In this document: piece by piece, positions 1-9,204 of the stretch
How the letters are laid out: the number at the start of each line of letters is the position of its first letter
Position numbering within the stretch: position 1 is the first letter of the stretch
Source of the DNA: Nocardioides sp.
GTDB lineage: Bacteria > Actinomycetota > Actinomycetes > Propionibacteriales > Nocardioidaceae
DNA length: 64,000 nt
Direction: 5' to 3'
Assembly: GCA_030698375.1 (NCBI GenBank)
Contig: JAUYLL010000045.1
Coordinates: forward strand, 2,249-66,248
The notes under the pieces: generated by a model
What the model was told of the DNA's origin: nothing
What the model saw: the letters and a program-made list of their open reading frames with translations, nothing else
The model's database searches: none
Position numbers and translations under genes: made by a program

Positions 1-40
1 GCAGGCTCTCGTGGTCGCGGGGGATCTCGGTCGTGGGCAC
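1..40 (-). CDS. 5' end of a gene running off the window (MPTTEIPRDHESL...), product unknown
   Basis: GTG at 40-38 lies 6 nt after a GATACT -10-like box (leaderless layout); only 13 codons visible. Confidence 0.35.
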   Translation of the reverse strand, partial: MPTTEIPRDHESL

Positions 41-58
41 CCCTGCAGTATCCACACT

Positions 59-79
59 TGTCTTGAATGCTTCAAGACA
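59..79. promoter_or_regulatory. Inverted repeat TGTCTTGAA-TGC-TTCAAGACA, probable operator (MarR-like) or terminator stem
   Basis: Perfect 9-bp arms, AT-rich in a GC-rich background, intergenic. Confidence 0.55.
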
Positions 80-107
80 GCTTGTGGGGAAAATGGTCCT
101 GGTCCGC

Positions 108-890
108 TCAGAGACCGGGGAGGCTCTTCAGCAGTCCCCGCACCACGTCGTGCACCTCGGCGTCGGCCGCGGCGACCAGCGCCCGGGGCGACGGCTCCTG
201 GGGCCGGTACGGCGTCCCGTCGAGCCCGCCGACCATTCCGCCGGCCTCGTGCAGCAGCAGCGATCCGGGGGCGTGGTCCCAGGGCAGGGTCTTCTTGTAG
301 ATCGCGTAGTCGGCGCCACCCTCGACCAGCTGCGGGTAGTCGACCCCGCAGCAGACCCAGGTCAGCTCCAGGGCCTGCAGCGTGCCTAGCGCCTGCCCGA
401 TCCAGCCCCGCCGCGACGTCACGCCCCGCAACTCCTCGGTCGGGGACTGCCGCACGAGCCGGCGGTCGCCGCACCAGGCGCCGGCCCCGCGCTCGGCGAC
501 GTACGCCCGCCGGTGCTGGGGCTGCCATATCCAGCTGCGCACGACCTCCCCGGCCCGCAGCTCGGCGAGCATCATCGCGTGGTCGGGGGACCCCCGGACG
601 AAGTTGCGCGTGCCGTCGACCGGGTCGACGGTGAAGGCGTGGTCGGCGTCGGCGAAGGCCTCGAGGAGCCGCGGGTCGGCCGAGGTGGCCTCCTCGCCGA
701 GGATGAGAGCGTCCGGGTAGGCCGCCCGGAGGGCCTCGGTGATCCGCACCTCGGCCTCGCGGTCGGCCACGGTCACCAGGTCGCCCGGGTTCTTCTCGGC
801 GACGTCTCCCTCGGTGAGCGCGCCGAAGCGGGGGTCGACGACCTCGGCCGCCACCTGCTGCATCAGCGCCAGGACGTCATCGGTCTCCAC
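108..890 (-). CDS. Inositol monophosphatase family protein
   Basis: DLVTVAD, LGEE, VDPVDGTRNF and WDHAPG motifs. Confidence 0.9.
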   Translation of the reverse strand: METDDVLALMQQVAAEVVDPRFGALTEGDVAEKNPGDLVTVADREAEVRITEALRAAYPDALILGEEATSADPRLLEAFADADHAFTVDPVDGTRNFVRGSPDHAMMLAELRAGEVVRSWIWQPQHRRAYVAERGAGAWCGDRRLVRQSPTEELRGVTSRRGWIGQALGTLQALELTWVCCGVDYPQLVEGGADYAIYKKTLPWDHAPGSLLLHEAGGMVGGLDGTPYRPQEPSPRALVAAADAEVHDVVRGLLKSLPGL

Positions 891-902
891 GCGCGAGCCC
901 GC

Positions 903-2690
903 TCAGTCGCGGGGCTTCTTGTGCCGGGGCTTCTTCGACCCCGGGGCGTCGGACGAGCGGGGACCGTCCGAACGCGGGCGGCTCGCGGGGGACCCGGTGT
1001 CCTCCTGCAGCTCGATGAGCTTGCCGGAGATCCGGGTGGTGGCCAGCGCGTCCCAGATCTCGGGTGCCAGGTCGGCCGGCAGCTCCACGATCGAGTGGTC
1101 GGGACGGATCGCGATGTGGCCGAAGTCGGTGCGGCGCAGACCGCCCTCGTTGGCCAGCGCGCCGACGATCTGGCGCGGCTCGACCTTGTGGCGCTTCCCC
1201 ACGCTGATCCGGTACGGCGCCAACGGCGGCCCGCCGTCGCGTCGCTGGCCGCGCCCCGGGCCGTCGGCCTGCGGGCGGGCCGGTCGGTCGCGGTCGGTGC
1301 GCTGGGGGCGCTCGGGGCGGTCCGGGCGCTCGCGGCGTGCCGGCTCGGGCTCGAGCAGCAGCGGGGTGCTGCCCTGGAGGACCACCGCGAGCGCGGCGGC
1401 GACGTCGATCTCCGGCACGTCGTGCTCGCGCAGGTAGTGCGAGACGACGTCGCGGAAGAACCCGACCTGCTCGGAGGAGAGCGCCGCGGTGATCTGGTCG
1501 TCGAAGCGCGCCAGCCGGGTGGTGTTGACGTCGTCGACGGTCGGCAGATGCATCTGGGTGAGCGGCTGGCGGGTGGCCTTCTCGATGTGCTTGAGGAGGT
1601 ACTTCTCCCGCGGGGTGACGAACGAGATCGCGTCGCCGCTGCGGCCGGCGCGGCCGGTGCGGCCGATGCGGTGCACGTAGGACTCGGGGTCGGTGGGGAT
1701 GTCGTAGTTCACGACGTGGCTGATCCGGTCGACGTCGAGCCCACGCGCGGCGACGTCGGTGGCCACGAGGATGTCGAGCTTGCCGGCCTTGAGCTGGTTG
1801 ACGGTCCGTTCGCGCTGCACCTGGGCGACGTCGCCGTTGATGGCCATCGCGGAGAACCCGCGGGCGCGCAGCTTCTCGGCTAGCGTCTCGGTCTCGTTCT
1901 TGGTGCGGACGAACACGATCATCGCTTCGAAGTTCTCCACCTCGAGGATGCGGGTCAGCGCGTCGACCTTCTGCGGGTAGGAGACGGTCAGGTACCGCTG
2001 GGTGGTGTTCGCCGAGGTCGTGGTCTTGCTCTTGACGGTGATCTCGGCGGGGTTGCTGAGGTACTTCTTCGACAGCCGGCGGATCTGGGCGGGCATCGTC
2101 GCGGAGAACAGCGCGACCTGCTTGGAGTCCGGGGTGTCGGCCAGGATCGTCTCGACGTCGTCGGCGAAGCCCATGTTGAGCATCTCGTCGGCCTCGTCGA
2201 GGACCAGGAAGCGCAGCGCGCTGAGGTCCAGCGTGCCCTTCTCCAGGTGGTCCATGATCCGGCCGGGGGTGCCGACCACGACGTGCACGCCGCGGCGCAG
2301 GGCGCTGAGCTGGACGCCGTACCCCTGGCCGCCGTAGACGGGGAGGACGCTCACGCCGCGCAGGTGGGAGGCGTACTTCTCGAACGCCTCGCAGACCTGG
2401 AGCGCGAGCTCGCGGGTCGGGGCGAGCACCAACGCCTGGGGGGTCTTCTGCTTCAGGTCGAGCCGGTCGAGGATCGGCAGCGCGAAGGCGGCAGTCTTGC
2501 CGGTCCCGGTCTGCGCCAGGCCGACGAGGTCACGACCGTCGAGCAGGGTCGGGATGGTCGCGGCCTGGATCGCCGAGGGGGTCTCGTAGCCGACGTCGGC
2601 CAGCGACCTCAGGACTGCGTCGGAGAGGCCGAGGTCGGCGAAGGTCGGGGTCGTCGGCTCGGCGGTGGGGCTGGGGTTGTCGGTGCTCAC
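903..2690 (-). CDS. deaD: DEAD-box RNA helicase DeaD/CsdA with C-terminal DbpA-type RNA-binding domain
   Basis: AQTGTGKT, PTRELA, DEAD, SAT and HRIGRTGRAG motifs; leaderless TACCGT -10 upstream. Confidence 0.93.
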   Translation of the reverse strand: MSTDNPSPTAEPTTPTFADLGLSDAVLRSLADVGYETPSAIQAATIPTLLDGRDLVGLAQTGTGKTAAFALPILDRLDLKQKTPQALVLAPTRELALQVCEAFEKYASHLRGVSVLPVYGGQGYGVQLSALRRGVHVVVGTPGRIMDHLEKGTLDLSALRFLVLDEADEMLNMGFADDVETILADTPDSKQVALFSATMPAQIRRLSKKYLSNPAEITVKSKTTTSANTTQRYLTVSYPQKVDALTRILEVENFEAMIVFVRTKNETETLAEKLRARGFSAMAINGDVAQVQRERTVNQLKAGKLDILVATDVAARGLDVDRISHVVNYDIPTDPESYVHRIGRTGRAGRSGDAISFVTPREKYLLKHIEKATRQPLTQMHLPTVDDVNTTRLARFDDQITAALSSEQVGFFRDVVSHYLREHDVPEIDVAAALAVVLQGSTPLLLEPEPARRERPDRPERPQRTDRDRPARPQADGPGRGQRRDGGPPLAPYRISVGKRHKVEPRQIVGALANEGGLRRTDFGHIAIRPDHSIVELPADLAPEIWDALATTRISGKLIELQEDTGSPASRPRSDGPRSSDAPGSKKPRHKKPRD

Positions 2691-2742
2691 CCGCCAACGG
2701 TAGTGCGTCCGAGCCGTTGTGGCCTCCTCGGCCGGGTGTGAC

Positions 2743-4512
2743 TCAGCCGGCCCAGAGCACCGGGACGAGCGCGACCGTGAGCCCCAGCACGGTCAGGGTG
2801 AGGATCCAGCCGAGCCGCGCGTAGTCGGTGAACCGGTAGCCACCGGGGCCGTAGACCATCATGTTCGTCTGGTAGCCGATGGGGGAGAGGAAGGACGCCG
2901 AGGCGGAGATCGCCACGGCGATCGCCACTCCGCGCGGGTCCAGCCCGGTCGCCGAGGCGGCCGAGACCGCGATGGGCAGCATGAGCAGCGCCGCCGCATT
3001 GTTGGTGACCATCTCGGTGAGGATGATCGTGGCGAGCACGATGCCGAGCAGCACGCCGCGGTCGCCGAACCCGCCGAAGACGTCGACCAGCCCCGTCGCG
3101 ATCGTCGCGGCCAGGCCCGAGGACTGCATCGCCGCAGCCAGCCCGAAGGCGGAGGCGATGACGACGATCACCTCGATGTCGATCGCCCGTCTCGCCTCCA
3201 GCGGGGTGAGCACCCGGGTCGCCACCAGCGCGATCGCGCCGATCAGCGCGCCCTCGAGGATCGGCACGACCCCGGTCGCGGCCGCCGCCACGACGGCGAG
3301 CAGCACGGTGACCGGGATCCACGCCCGCGAGGACGACGCCGGCGGGGCGCCGTCCATCGGGGCGACGAGCAGGAAATCGGCCCGGTCGCGCCAGCGCTCG
3401 CGGAAGTCGGGGTCGGTGACGAGGATGAGGGTGTCGCCGACATGGATCGTCTCGGTGCCGATGCGGCCCTGGAGCAGCTGGCCGGAGCGGTGGATGCCGA
3501 GCACGGCGGCCTGGTACGTCGACCGGAAGCCGACGTCCTTCAGGGTGCGGCCGACCAGGGGCGACCGGGAGCCCACGACCGCCTCGAAGTAGCGGACCGA
3601 GGGATCGGCGAGGTCGAGGACGTGCTCGAGCTCCGCGGAGCGCAGCCCGCGCATCTCCTGGAGGTCGACGACCTTCTCGACGGGGCCGACGAAGTGCAGC
3701 CGGTTCCCGCCGCGCAGCACGGTGTCGGGGCGCACCGGCGCGATCGTGGTGTCACCGCGGTCGACGGAGGCGAGGAAGAGGCCGGAGAGGTTGCGCAGCT
3801 GGGCCTGCTCGACCGTCTTGCCGTCGATGGCCCCGCCCTCCTCGACGATCATCTCGACACTGAAGCGGCGGCCCGCCTGCTCCATCTCGCTGCGGGCCGA
3901 GCGGCGGTCGGGCAGCACCCGGGGGGCGAGCACGATGATCGCGACCAGGCCGATCGCGGCGATCGGCAGGCCGAGCTTGCCGATCTCGAAGAACCCGATC
4001 TCCTCCAGGCCCAGGGTGCTCATCTGCCCGGAGACGACGAGGTTCGTGGAGGTCCCGATGACGGTGATCAGTCCACCGAGGACGGCGGCGAAGGAGACCG
4101 GCATGAGCAGCTTGGAGACCGATACCCCACGCCGCTCGGCCCACGAGGTGACCTGGGGGATGAGCATCGCGACGATCGGCGTGTTGTTGAGGAACGCCGA
4201 GGCGCCGGCTGTCGGGACGAGCGTGCGGATCAGCGGGAGGCGGTACCAGCCGCGCTCGCCGAGCGTGCTCTGCATGATGGGCGTCAGCGCACCGGTCTTC
4301 TCGATGCCGGCAGCGAGGACGTAGAGCGCGGCGACCGTGATGGGGGCAGGGTTCGAGAAGCCGGAGAAGGCCTCCTCGGGCTCGATGACGCCGACCACCA
4401 GCAGGGTGACCGCGCCGCCGAAGACGGCGACCGACGGGGAGACCCGGCTGCGCACGAGCACGGCCAGCACGGCCACGATCACACCGAGGGTGATCCAGGC
4501 GTCGAGCGTCAC
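2743..4512 (-). CDS. SLC13/DASS family permease with two TrkA-C domains
   Basis: SAFLNNTP, IGTSTNL, TNNAAA and PIGYQTN motifs; multiple TM segments around a soluble middle region. Confidence 0.9.
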   Translation of the reverse strand: MTLDAWITLGVIVAVLAVLVRSRVSPSVAVFGGAVTLLVVGVIEPEEAFSGFSNPAPITVAALYVLAAGIEKTGALTPIMQSTLGERGWYRLPLIRTLVPTAGASAFLNNTPIVAMLIPQVTSWAERRGVSVSKLLMPVSFAAVLGGLITVIGTSTNLVVSGQMSTLGLEEIGFFEIGKLGLPIAAIGLVAIIVLAPRVLPDRRSARSEMEQAGRRFSVEMIVEEGGAIDGKTVEQAQLRNLSGLFLASVDRGDTTIAPVRPDTVLRGGNRLHFVGPVEKVVDLQEMRGLRSAELEHVLDLADPSVRYFEAVVGSRSPLVGRTLKDVGFRSTYQAAVLGIHRSGQLLQGRIGTETIHVGDTLILVTDPDFRERWRDRADFLLVAPMDGAPPASSSRAWIPVTVLLAVVAAAATGVVPILEGALIGAIALVATRVLTPLEARRAIDIEVIVVIASAFGLAAAMQSSGLAATIATGLVDVFGGFGDRGVLLGIVLATIILTEMVTNNAAALLMLPIAVSAASATGLDPRGVAIAVAISASASFLSPIGYQTNMMVYGPGGYRFTDYARLGWILTLTVLGLTVALVPVLWAG

Positions 4513-4570
4513 GGTCTGTCCTCCCGGGGCGGTGCCCGGCGGAGGCCCACCGGGTCTGAGAAGCAGCAGA

Positions 4571-6286
4571 CTAGTGCCGCCCGTGCAGCTTCATCCTCGG
4601 TGGCCGCCCGTCGGGGTCGACCACCGCGCGGTACGCCGGGGCGAGCAGCGTGCGCTGCCAGCGGGGCGGGTCCTCGACGTGGTGGCGCCGCAGCCGGCCC
4701 GGCGGACGGTCGCCCTGCTCCCCGTCGGCGTACCACTGCTCGAGGGTGGTCGAGGAGCGGCGGACGGTCTCGAAGGCCTCGACCGGGTCGACCAGGCCCT
4801 CGTCGTCGTCCCCGTCGCGGGCGCGGTCGAGGTGCTCACGGAAGAGCTCGAGCCGCAGGTCGCGGGCGAACGTGCGCGCGCCGTCGCCGAGGCCGGCCGG
4901 GTCGTGGGGCACCCGCTGGTCCCGTCGGGAGTCGACGACGGCCGCGGTGAGCTCGGAGTCGTGGGTCCAGGACCGGCGGTTGAAGTTGTCGCTGCCGACG
5001 GTGGCCCAGACATCGTCGACCACGCAGACCTTGGCGTGCACGTAGACCGGCTCGCCGAGGCGGTTCACCACGTCGACCACCTGCACACGGTCACCGCCGG
5101 CCTCCTGGACCTGCTCGATCGCCTGGGCGTGACCGAGAAGGGCGGCCGCCCGCCCGATACGGCCGTCCTGGTCCGGGAACCGGGGGACGACCGCCAGCAG
5201 GTGCAGACCCGGCTCCCGCTCGAGGGCCTCGACGAAGACCTGCGCCACCGACGTCGACCAGAGGTACTGGTCCTCGAGGTAGACCAGCCGGCGGGCCCGC
5301 CGCAGCGCCTTGGCGTAGCCGCGGGCGACGCTGCGCTCCCCGTCGGGTGCGAACGGGTAGCCCGGCCAGCGATTGGGGTAGGTGCGCAGCAGCTGCACCG
5401 CGCAGGTGCCGGAGGCCGGGGGGTCCGGCAGCGGGTCGGGGAGCGCGCTGGGGCTCCGGTCGGTGCCGCGGAGCAGGTCCGGGATCACGTGCCAGGGCAG
5501 GCGGGTCAGCTCGGCCGGGTCCTCCCAGCGCTCGCGGAAGAGGTCCTCCACGTCCCGGACGGCAGGACCCCGCACCTCCACTTGCACGTCGTGCCAGGCC
5601 GGGGTGTCGCCGTACCACTCGGCGAAGGGCTGGGTCTGGTGGTCGCCGCGGTGCTCGGCGTCGTCGCGGCGGCTGTGGGCGAGGTCGATGCCGCCGACGA
5701 AGGCCACGTCGCGCTCGGGGGCGTCGGGGTGCCGGACGGCGATGAACTTCTGGTGGTGGCTGCCGAGCGGCCGCACGCGCTGGTCCAGCAGCGCCTCACC
5801 GCCGGCGTCGTTGACCTCCTCGGTGAGGTCGCGGTTCTGGTCGGCCGAGAAGCGGAACCGGTCCAGGTGCGAGCGCCACAGCAGCCCCTTGACAGTCACG
5901 CCACGCGCCGCGGCTGCCGCCAGCGCGTCGGAGATCGTCGGCCCCTCGTCGGTGAGCAGTTGGTCGGGGTCGCCCCGCCAGTCGCTGAAGAAGATCAGGT
6001 CGCCGGACCGGGTCGCGGCGATCGCCTCGGCGAGGGCGGGGAAGTAGGCGGCCCCGTGCACGAGCGGGCGCGCCAGGTTGCCCTCGGTCCAGGGGCGGAT
6101 CCGGGTGGCGGTGTTCCCGCGCTCCTCGCCGGTAAGGAACCAGGCCGCCAGCGGGTCGGGCGAGGCCGAGGACGCCGGGAGCGCGGTCAGCGTGGTCCCG
6201 TCCTTCCGCAGCGGCATGCCCACCCCGGGGCGCGAGTGGTCGCGGAGCGAGAAGGGCCAGAGCCTGCGGGGACGGGGCACGGGCAC
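4571..6286 (-). CDS. Phospholipase D family protein (start may be 6217)
   Basis: HQKFIAVR...GGIDL and HAKVCVVDD...GSDN HKD-type motifs. Confidence 0.85.
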   Translation of the reverse strand: MPVPRPRRLWPFSLRDHSRPGVGMPLRKDGTTLTALPASSASPDPLAAWFLTGEERGNTATRIRPWTEGNLARPLVHGAAYFPALAEAIAATRSGDLIFFSDWRGDPDQLLTDEGPTISDALAAAAARGVTVKGLLWRSHLDRFRFSADQNRDLTEEVNDAGGEALLDQRVRPLGSHHQKFIAVRHPDAPERDVAFVGGIDLAHSRRDDAEHRGDHQTQPFAEWYGDTPAWHDVQVEVRGPAVRDVEDLFRERWEDPAELTRLPWHVIPDLLRGTDRSPSALPDPLPDPPASGTCAVQLLRTYPNRWPGYPFAPDGERSVARGYAKALRRARRLVYLEDQYLWSTSVAQVFVEALEREPGLHLLAVVPRFPDQDGRIGRAAALLGHAQAIEQVQEAGGDRVQVVDVVNRLGEPVYVHAKVCVVDDVWATVGSDNFNRRSWTHDSELTAAVVDSRRDQRVPHDPAGLGDGARTFARDLRLELFREHLDRARDGDDDEGLVDPVEAFETVRRSSTTLEQWYADGEQGDRPPGRLRRHHVEDPPRWQRTLLAPAYRAVVDPDGRPPRMKLHGRH

Positions 6287-6329
6287 ATCCGACCACCTGG
6301 TGGGGGCGAGGGCAACGACGGCTCTCCGC

Positions 6330-6365
6330 TAGCATCCGTCATACAAACAGTCACGCCTGACTTTT
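6330..6365 (+). promoter_or_regulatory. Promoter -10 (TAGCAT) followed by dyad AGTCA-CGCC-TGACT, probable repressor site of the fusion gene
   Basis: AT-rich intergenic dyad at 6349-6362, just upstream of ATG 6378. Confidence 0.5.
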
Positions 6366-6377
6366 TCTGGAGATGCG

Positions 6378-9203
6378 ATGCCCCCGGTGGACCCGTCCGA
6401 CCCGCTGACCGGCTACCCGCGCGTGGTGCGCGCCGCGGCCGATGCACAGGCACCGCTCACGCTGCTGCAGGGGCTCGTCGCCAACCTCGCGCGGTACGCC
6501 GAGTGGCTGAGCATGCACGCGTCGTTCCGGAGCGCGCCCCCGGAGGTCGCCAGCGCCGGCGACACCTTCGACGAGCAGGTCACCCTGATGGGGATCCCGG
6601 CCGACATCGCCTGGACGGTCGCCGAGGCGGAGGAGGGCCTGACCGTCCTCACCGGCACCGGCCCGATGGACCTCACCCTGACGCTGCGCGTCGCCGTGTC
6701 CGAGGACGGTGAGGGCGCCCGGGTGAGCGTGGACGCGGGCATCGGTGGCGACCCCGCCGAGGGGCCGCTCGGGGCGACCGTCGCCGCCAGCGTCGAGGAG
6801 GCGCTGGTCGAGTCGGTCGCCCGCCTGGCCGCGCTCGCGGAGTCGCTCGCCGCCGACCCGGCGGAGGCCGCGGGCTCCCGCTACCCCCAGCGCACCGTCG
6901 TACACGAGCGCACCGGCACCCGCCTCGACCCCCGCACGCCGGTGCTCGTCGGCGTGGGCCAGGTCGTCCAGCGCGAGCCGGACCTCTCCGACCCCGCAGA
7001 CCCGGTGGCGCTGGCCGTCCGGGCGCTGCGTGCGGCCGGCGAGGACAGCGGTGCGGGGGAGGAGTTGCTCCGCGCCGCGGACGCCGTCTACGCCGTCGCC
7101 AGCGCGTCGTGGACCTACCGCGACGCCGCCGCCCTGGTGGCCGAGGCGCTCGGCGCCGAGCCGGACGAGACCGCCATGTCCGCCCCGTACGGCGGCGACG
7201 CCGGCCAGGTGCTCGTGAACACCGCCGGCCAGGCGGTCGCCGACGGCACCGCCGACGTGGTGCTGGTCTGCGGCGCCGAGGCGGGAGCGACCCTGGCCGC
7301 CGCCCAGAAGCAGGGGCTCGACCCGGCCTGGCCGACCCAGGAGCCCGGCACCGCCTCGACCCGCGTCATCGGCAGCGACCGCGAGGCCAACAACGCCCCC
7401 GAGACCACGGCGGGCCTGAGCATCCCGGTCTACACCTACGCGCTGATGGAGTCGGCCGTGCGGGCCAAGGCCGGCGAGACGCCGGAGGAGCACCGCCGGA
7501 CGATCACCGGCCTGTGGTCGCGCTTCTCCGAGGTCGCCGCGGAGAACCCGCACGCCTGGCTGCCGCGTGCCTTCACGCCCGAGGAGCTGGCCACGCCCGA
7601 CGCCGGCAACCGGATGATCAGCGAGCCCTATCCCAAGCTGCTCTGCGCCAACCTCCAGGTCGACCTCGCCGCCGGGGTGGTGGTGACCAGCGTCGCCGCG
7701 GCAACGGCCCTCGGGATCCCCCAGGAGCGGTGGGTCTTCCTGCACGCCGGTGCGGCGGCGTACGACGAGTGGTTCGTCTCCGAGCGGGCCGAGCTCGCCG
7801 CGTCGCCGGCGATCCGGGCGGTGGGGGAGGCGGCGTTCGCGCACGCCGGGGTCGGCCCCGACGACATCGCCCACGTCGACCTCTACTCCTGCTTCCCGGC
7901 CGCGGTGCAGATCGCCGCCGGTGAGCTGGGCTTCCCGCTCGACGACCCACGTCGTCCGCTGACCGTCACCGGAGGGCTCACCTTCGCCGGGGGCCCGGGC
8001 AACAACTACGGCACCCACGCCGTCGCCACCCTGGTGGACCGGCTGCGCCGTGACCCCGACGCCTACGGCCTCTCGACCTCGCTGGGGTGGTTCGTCACCA
8101 AGCACGCGCTCGGCATCTACTCCGCGACGCCGCCGCGGACGCCGTACCGCGCGCTGAACCCGGTGCTGCTGCCCGAGCGGGCGCGCCCCGCCCTCGAGGA
8201 GTACGCCGGCCCGGGTGTCGTCGAGGCCGCCACCGCGCGCTACGACCGGCAGGGCGAGCCGGAGGCCGCGATCCTCAGCGTGCTCACCCCGGCGGGGGAG
8301 CGGGTGCTCGTGCGCAGCACCCAGCCCGAGGTCCTCGACCGGGTCGTCGGCGGCGACCCGCTGCACCTCGCGGTCGACGTCACCGACACCAGGACGCTGG
8401 CGTTCGGCGACGCGGCGCCCCAGGCGCTCCCGGAGCCGCCCGAGCCCACGGTGCTCGTCGAGCGGCGCGGTCCGGTGCTCGTGATCACCGTCAACCGCCC
8501 GGCGCGGCGCAACGCCATCGACCTGCCCACCGCCCAGCTCCTCGAGCGGGTCGTCGACGCCTTCGAGGCGGACCCCGAGGCCCGGGTCGCGGTGCTCACC
8601 GGCGCCGGCGGCACGTTCTCCGCGGGCATGGACCTCAAGGCCGCCGCGGCCGGCCAGTTCGCGCTGACCGACAAGCGCGGACCGCTCGGCATCGCCGCGC
8701 TGCCGATCGCCAAGCCCGTCATCGCCGCCGTCGAGGGGCACGCGCTGGCCGGGGGCTGCGAGCTCGCGCTCGCCGCCGACCTCGTCGTCGCGGCCACCGA
8801 CTCGCAGTTCGGGATCCCCGAGCCCAAGCGGGGACTGGTGGCCGCCGCCGGGGGCGTGCTGCGGCTGGCGGAGCGGCTGCCGCGCAACGTCGCGATGGAG
8901 CTGGCGCTGACCGGCAACCCGATGCCCGCGACCCGGATGGCCGAGCTCGGCCTGGTCAACCGGCTCGCCGAGCCCGGCGCCGTGCTCGACGCCGCGCTCG
9001 CCCTGGCCGACGAGATCGTGGCCAACGCGCCGCTGTCGGTCGCCGCGAGCCGGCGGATCGTCCTGGAGTCGCCCGGCTGGGCGCCCGAGGAGGCGTTCGC
9101 CCGCCAGAGCGACATCGCCGGGAGCGCGGTGATGTCGGAGGACGCCGCCGAGGGCATCGCGGCCTTCGCCGAGCACCGCACCCCGCAGTGGAAGGGCCGC
9201 TGA
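6378..9203 (+). CDS. Fusion: SRPBCC-like domain + thiolase-like (TLP1/SCP2-type) domain + enoyl-CoA hydratase/crotonase
   Basis: N-terminal ~150 aa SRPBCC-like; PVLVGVGQ, DLYSCFP and GGPGNNY thiolase-like motifs; C-terminal NRPARRNAI, FSAGMDL, AGGCE and FGIPE crotonase motifs. Confidence 0.85.
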   Translation: MPPVDPSDPLTGYPRVVRAAADAQAPLTLLQGLVANLARYAEWLSMHASFRSAPPEVASAGDTFDEQVTLMGIPADIAWTVAEAEEGLTVLTGTGPMDLTLTLRVAVSEDGEGARVSVDAGIGGDPAEGPLGATVAASVEEALVESVARLAALAESLAADPAEAAGSRYPQRTVVHERTGTRLDPRTPVLVGVGQVVQREPDLSDPADPVALAVRALRAAGEDSGAGEELLRAADAVYAVASASWTYRDAAALVAEALGAEPDETAMSAPYGGDAGQVLVNTAGQAVADGTADVVLVCGAEAGATLAAAQKQGLDPAWPTQEPGTASTRVIGSDREANNAPETTAGLSIPVYTYALMESAVRAKAGETPEEHRRTITGLWSRFSEVAAENPHAWLPRAFTPEELATPDAGNRMISEPYPKLLCANLQVDLAAGVVVTSVAAATALGIPQERWVFLHAGAAAYDEWFVSERAELAASPAIRAVGEAAFAHAGVGPDDIAHVDLYSCFPAAVQIAAGELGFPLDDPRRPLTVTGGLTFAGGPGNNYGTHAVATLVDRLRRDPDAYGLSTSLGWFVTKHALGIYSATPPRTPYRALNPVLLPERARPALEEYAGPGVVEAATARYDRQGEPEAAILSVLTPAGERVLVRSTQPEVLDRVVGGDPLHLAVDVTDTRTLAFGDAAPQALPEPPEPTVLVERRGPVLVITVNRPARRNAIDLPTAQLLERVVDAFEADPEARVAVLTGAGGTFSAGMDLKAAAAGQFALTDKRGPLGIAALPIAKPVIAAVEGHALAGGCELALAADLVVAATDSQFGIPEPKRGLVAAAGGVLRLAERLPRNVAMELALTGNPMPATRMAELGLVNRLAEPGAVLDAALALADEIVANAPLSVAASRRIVLESPGWAPEEAFARQSDIAGSAVMSEDAAEGIAAFAEHRTPQWKGR

Positions 9204-9204
9204 G

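Noticed and set aside
2695-2719. CAACGG-N13-CCGTTG at the deaD promoter as a fourth MerR site
   Set aside because: Does not match the CTCACG-N3-CG[G/T]TAG consensus; 6-bp arms could be chance.
4571-6286. PLD as a defence nuclease
   Set aside because: Two-HKD lipid-type PLD with no helicase or methylase partner; DeaD nearby is a housekeeping RNA helicase.
6378-6830. Possible Rv0910-like toxin (TA system) reading of the SRPBCC domain
   Set aside because: Fused to lipid-metabolic domains, and no antitoxin ORF is adjacent.
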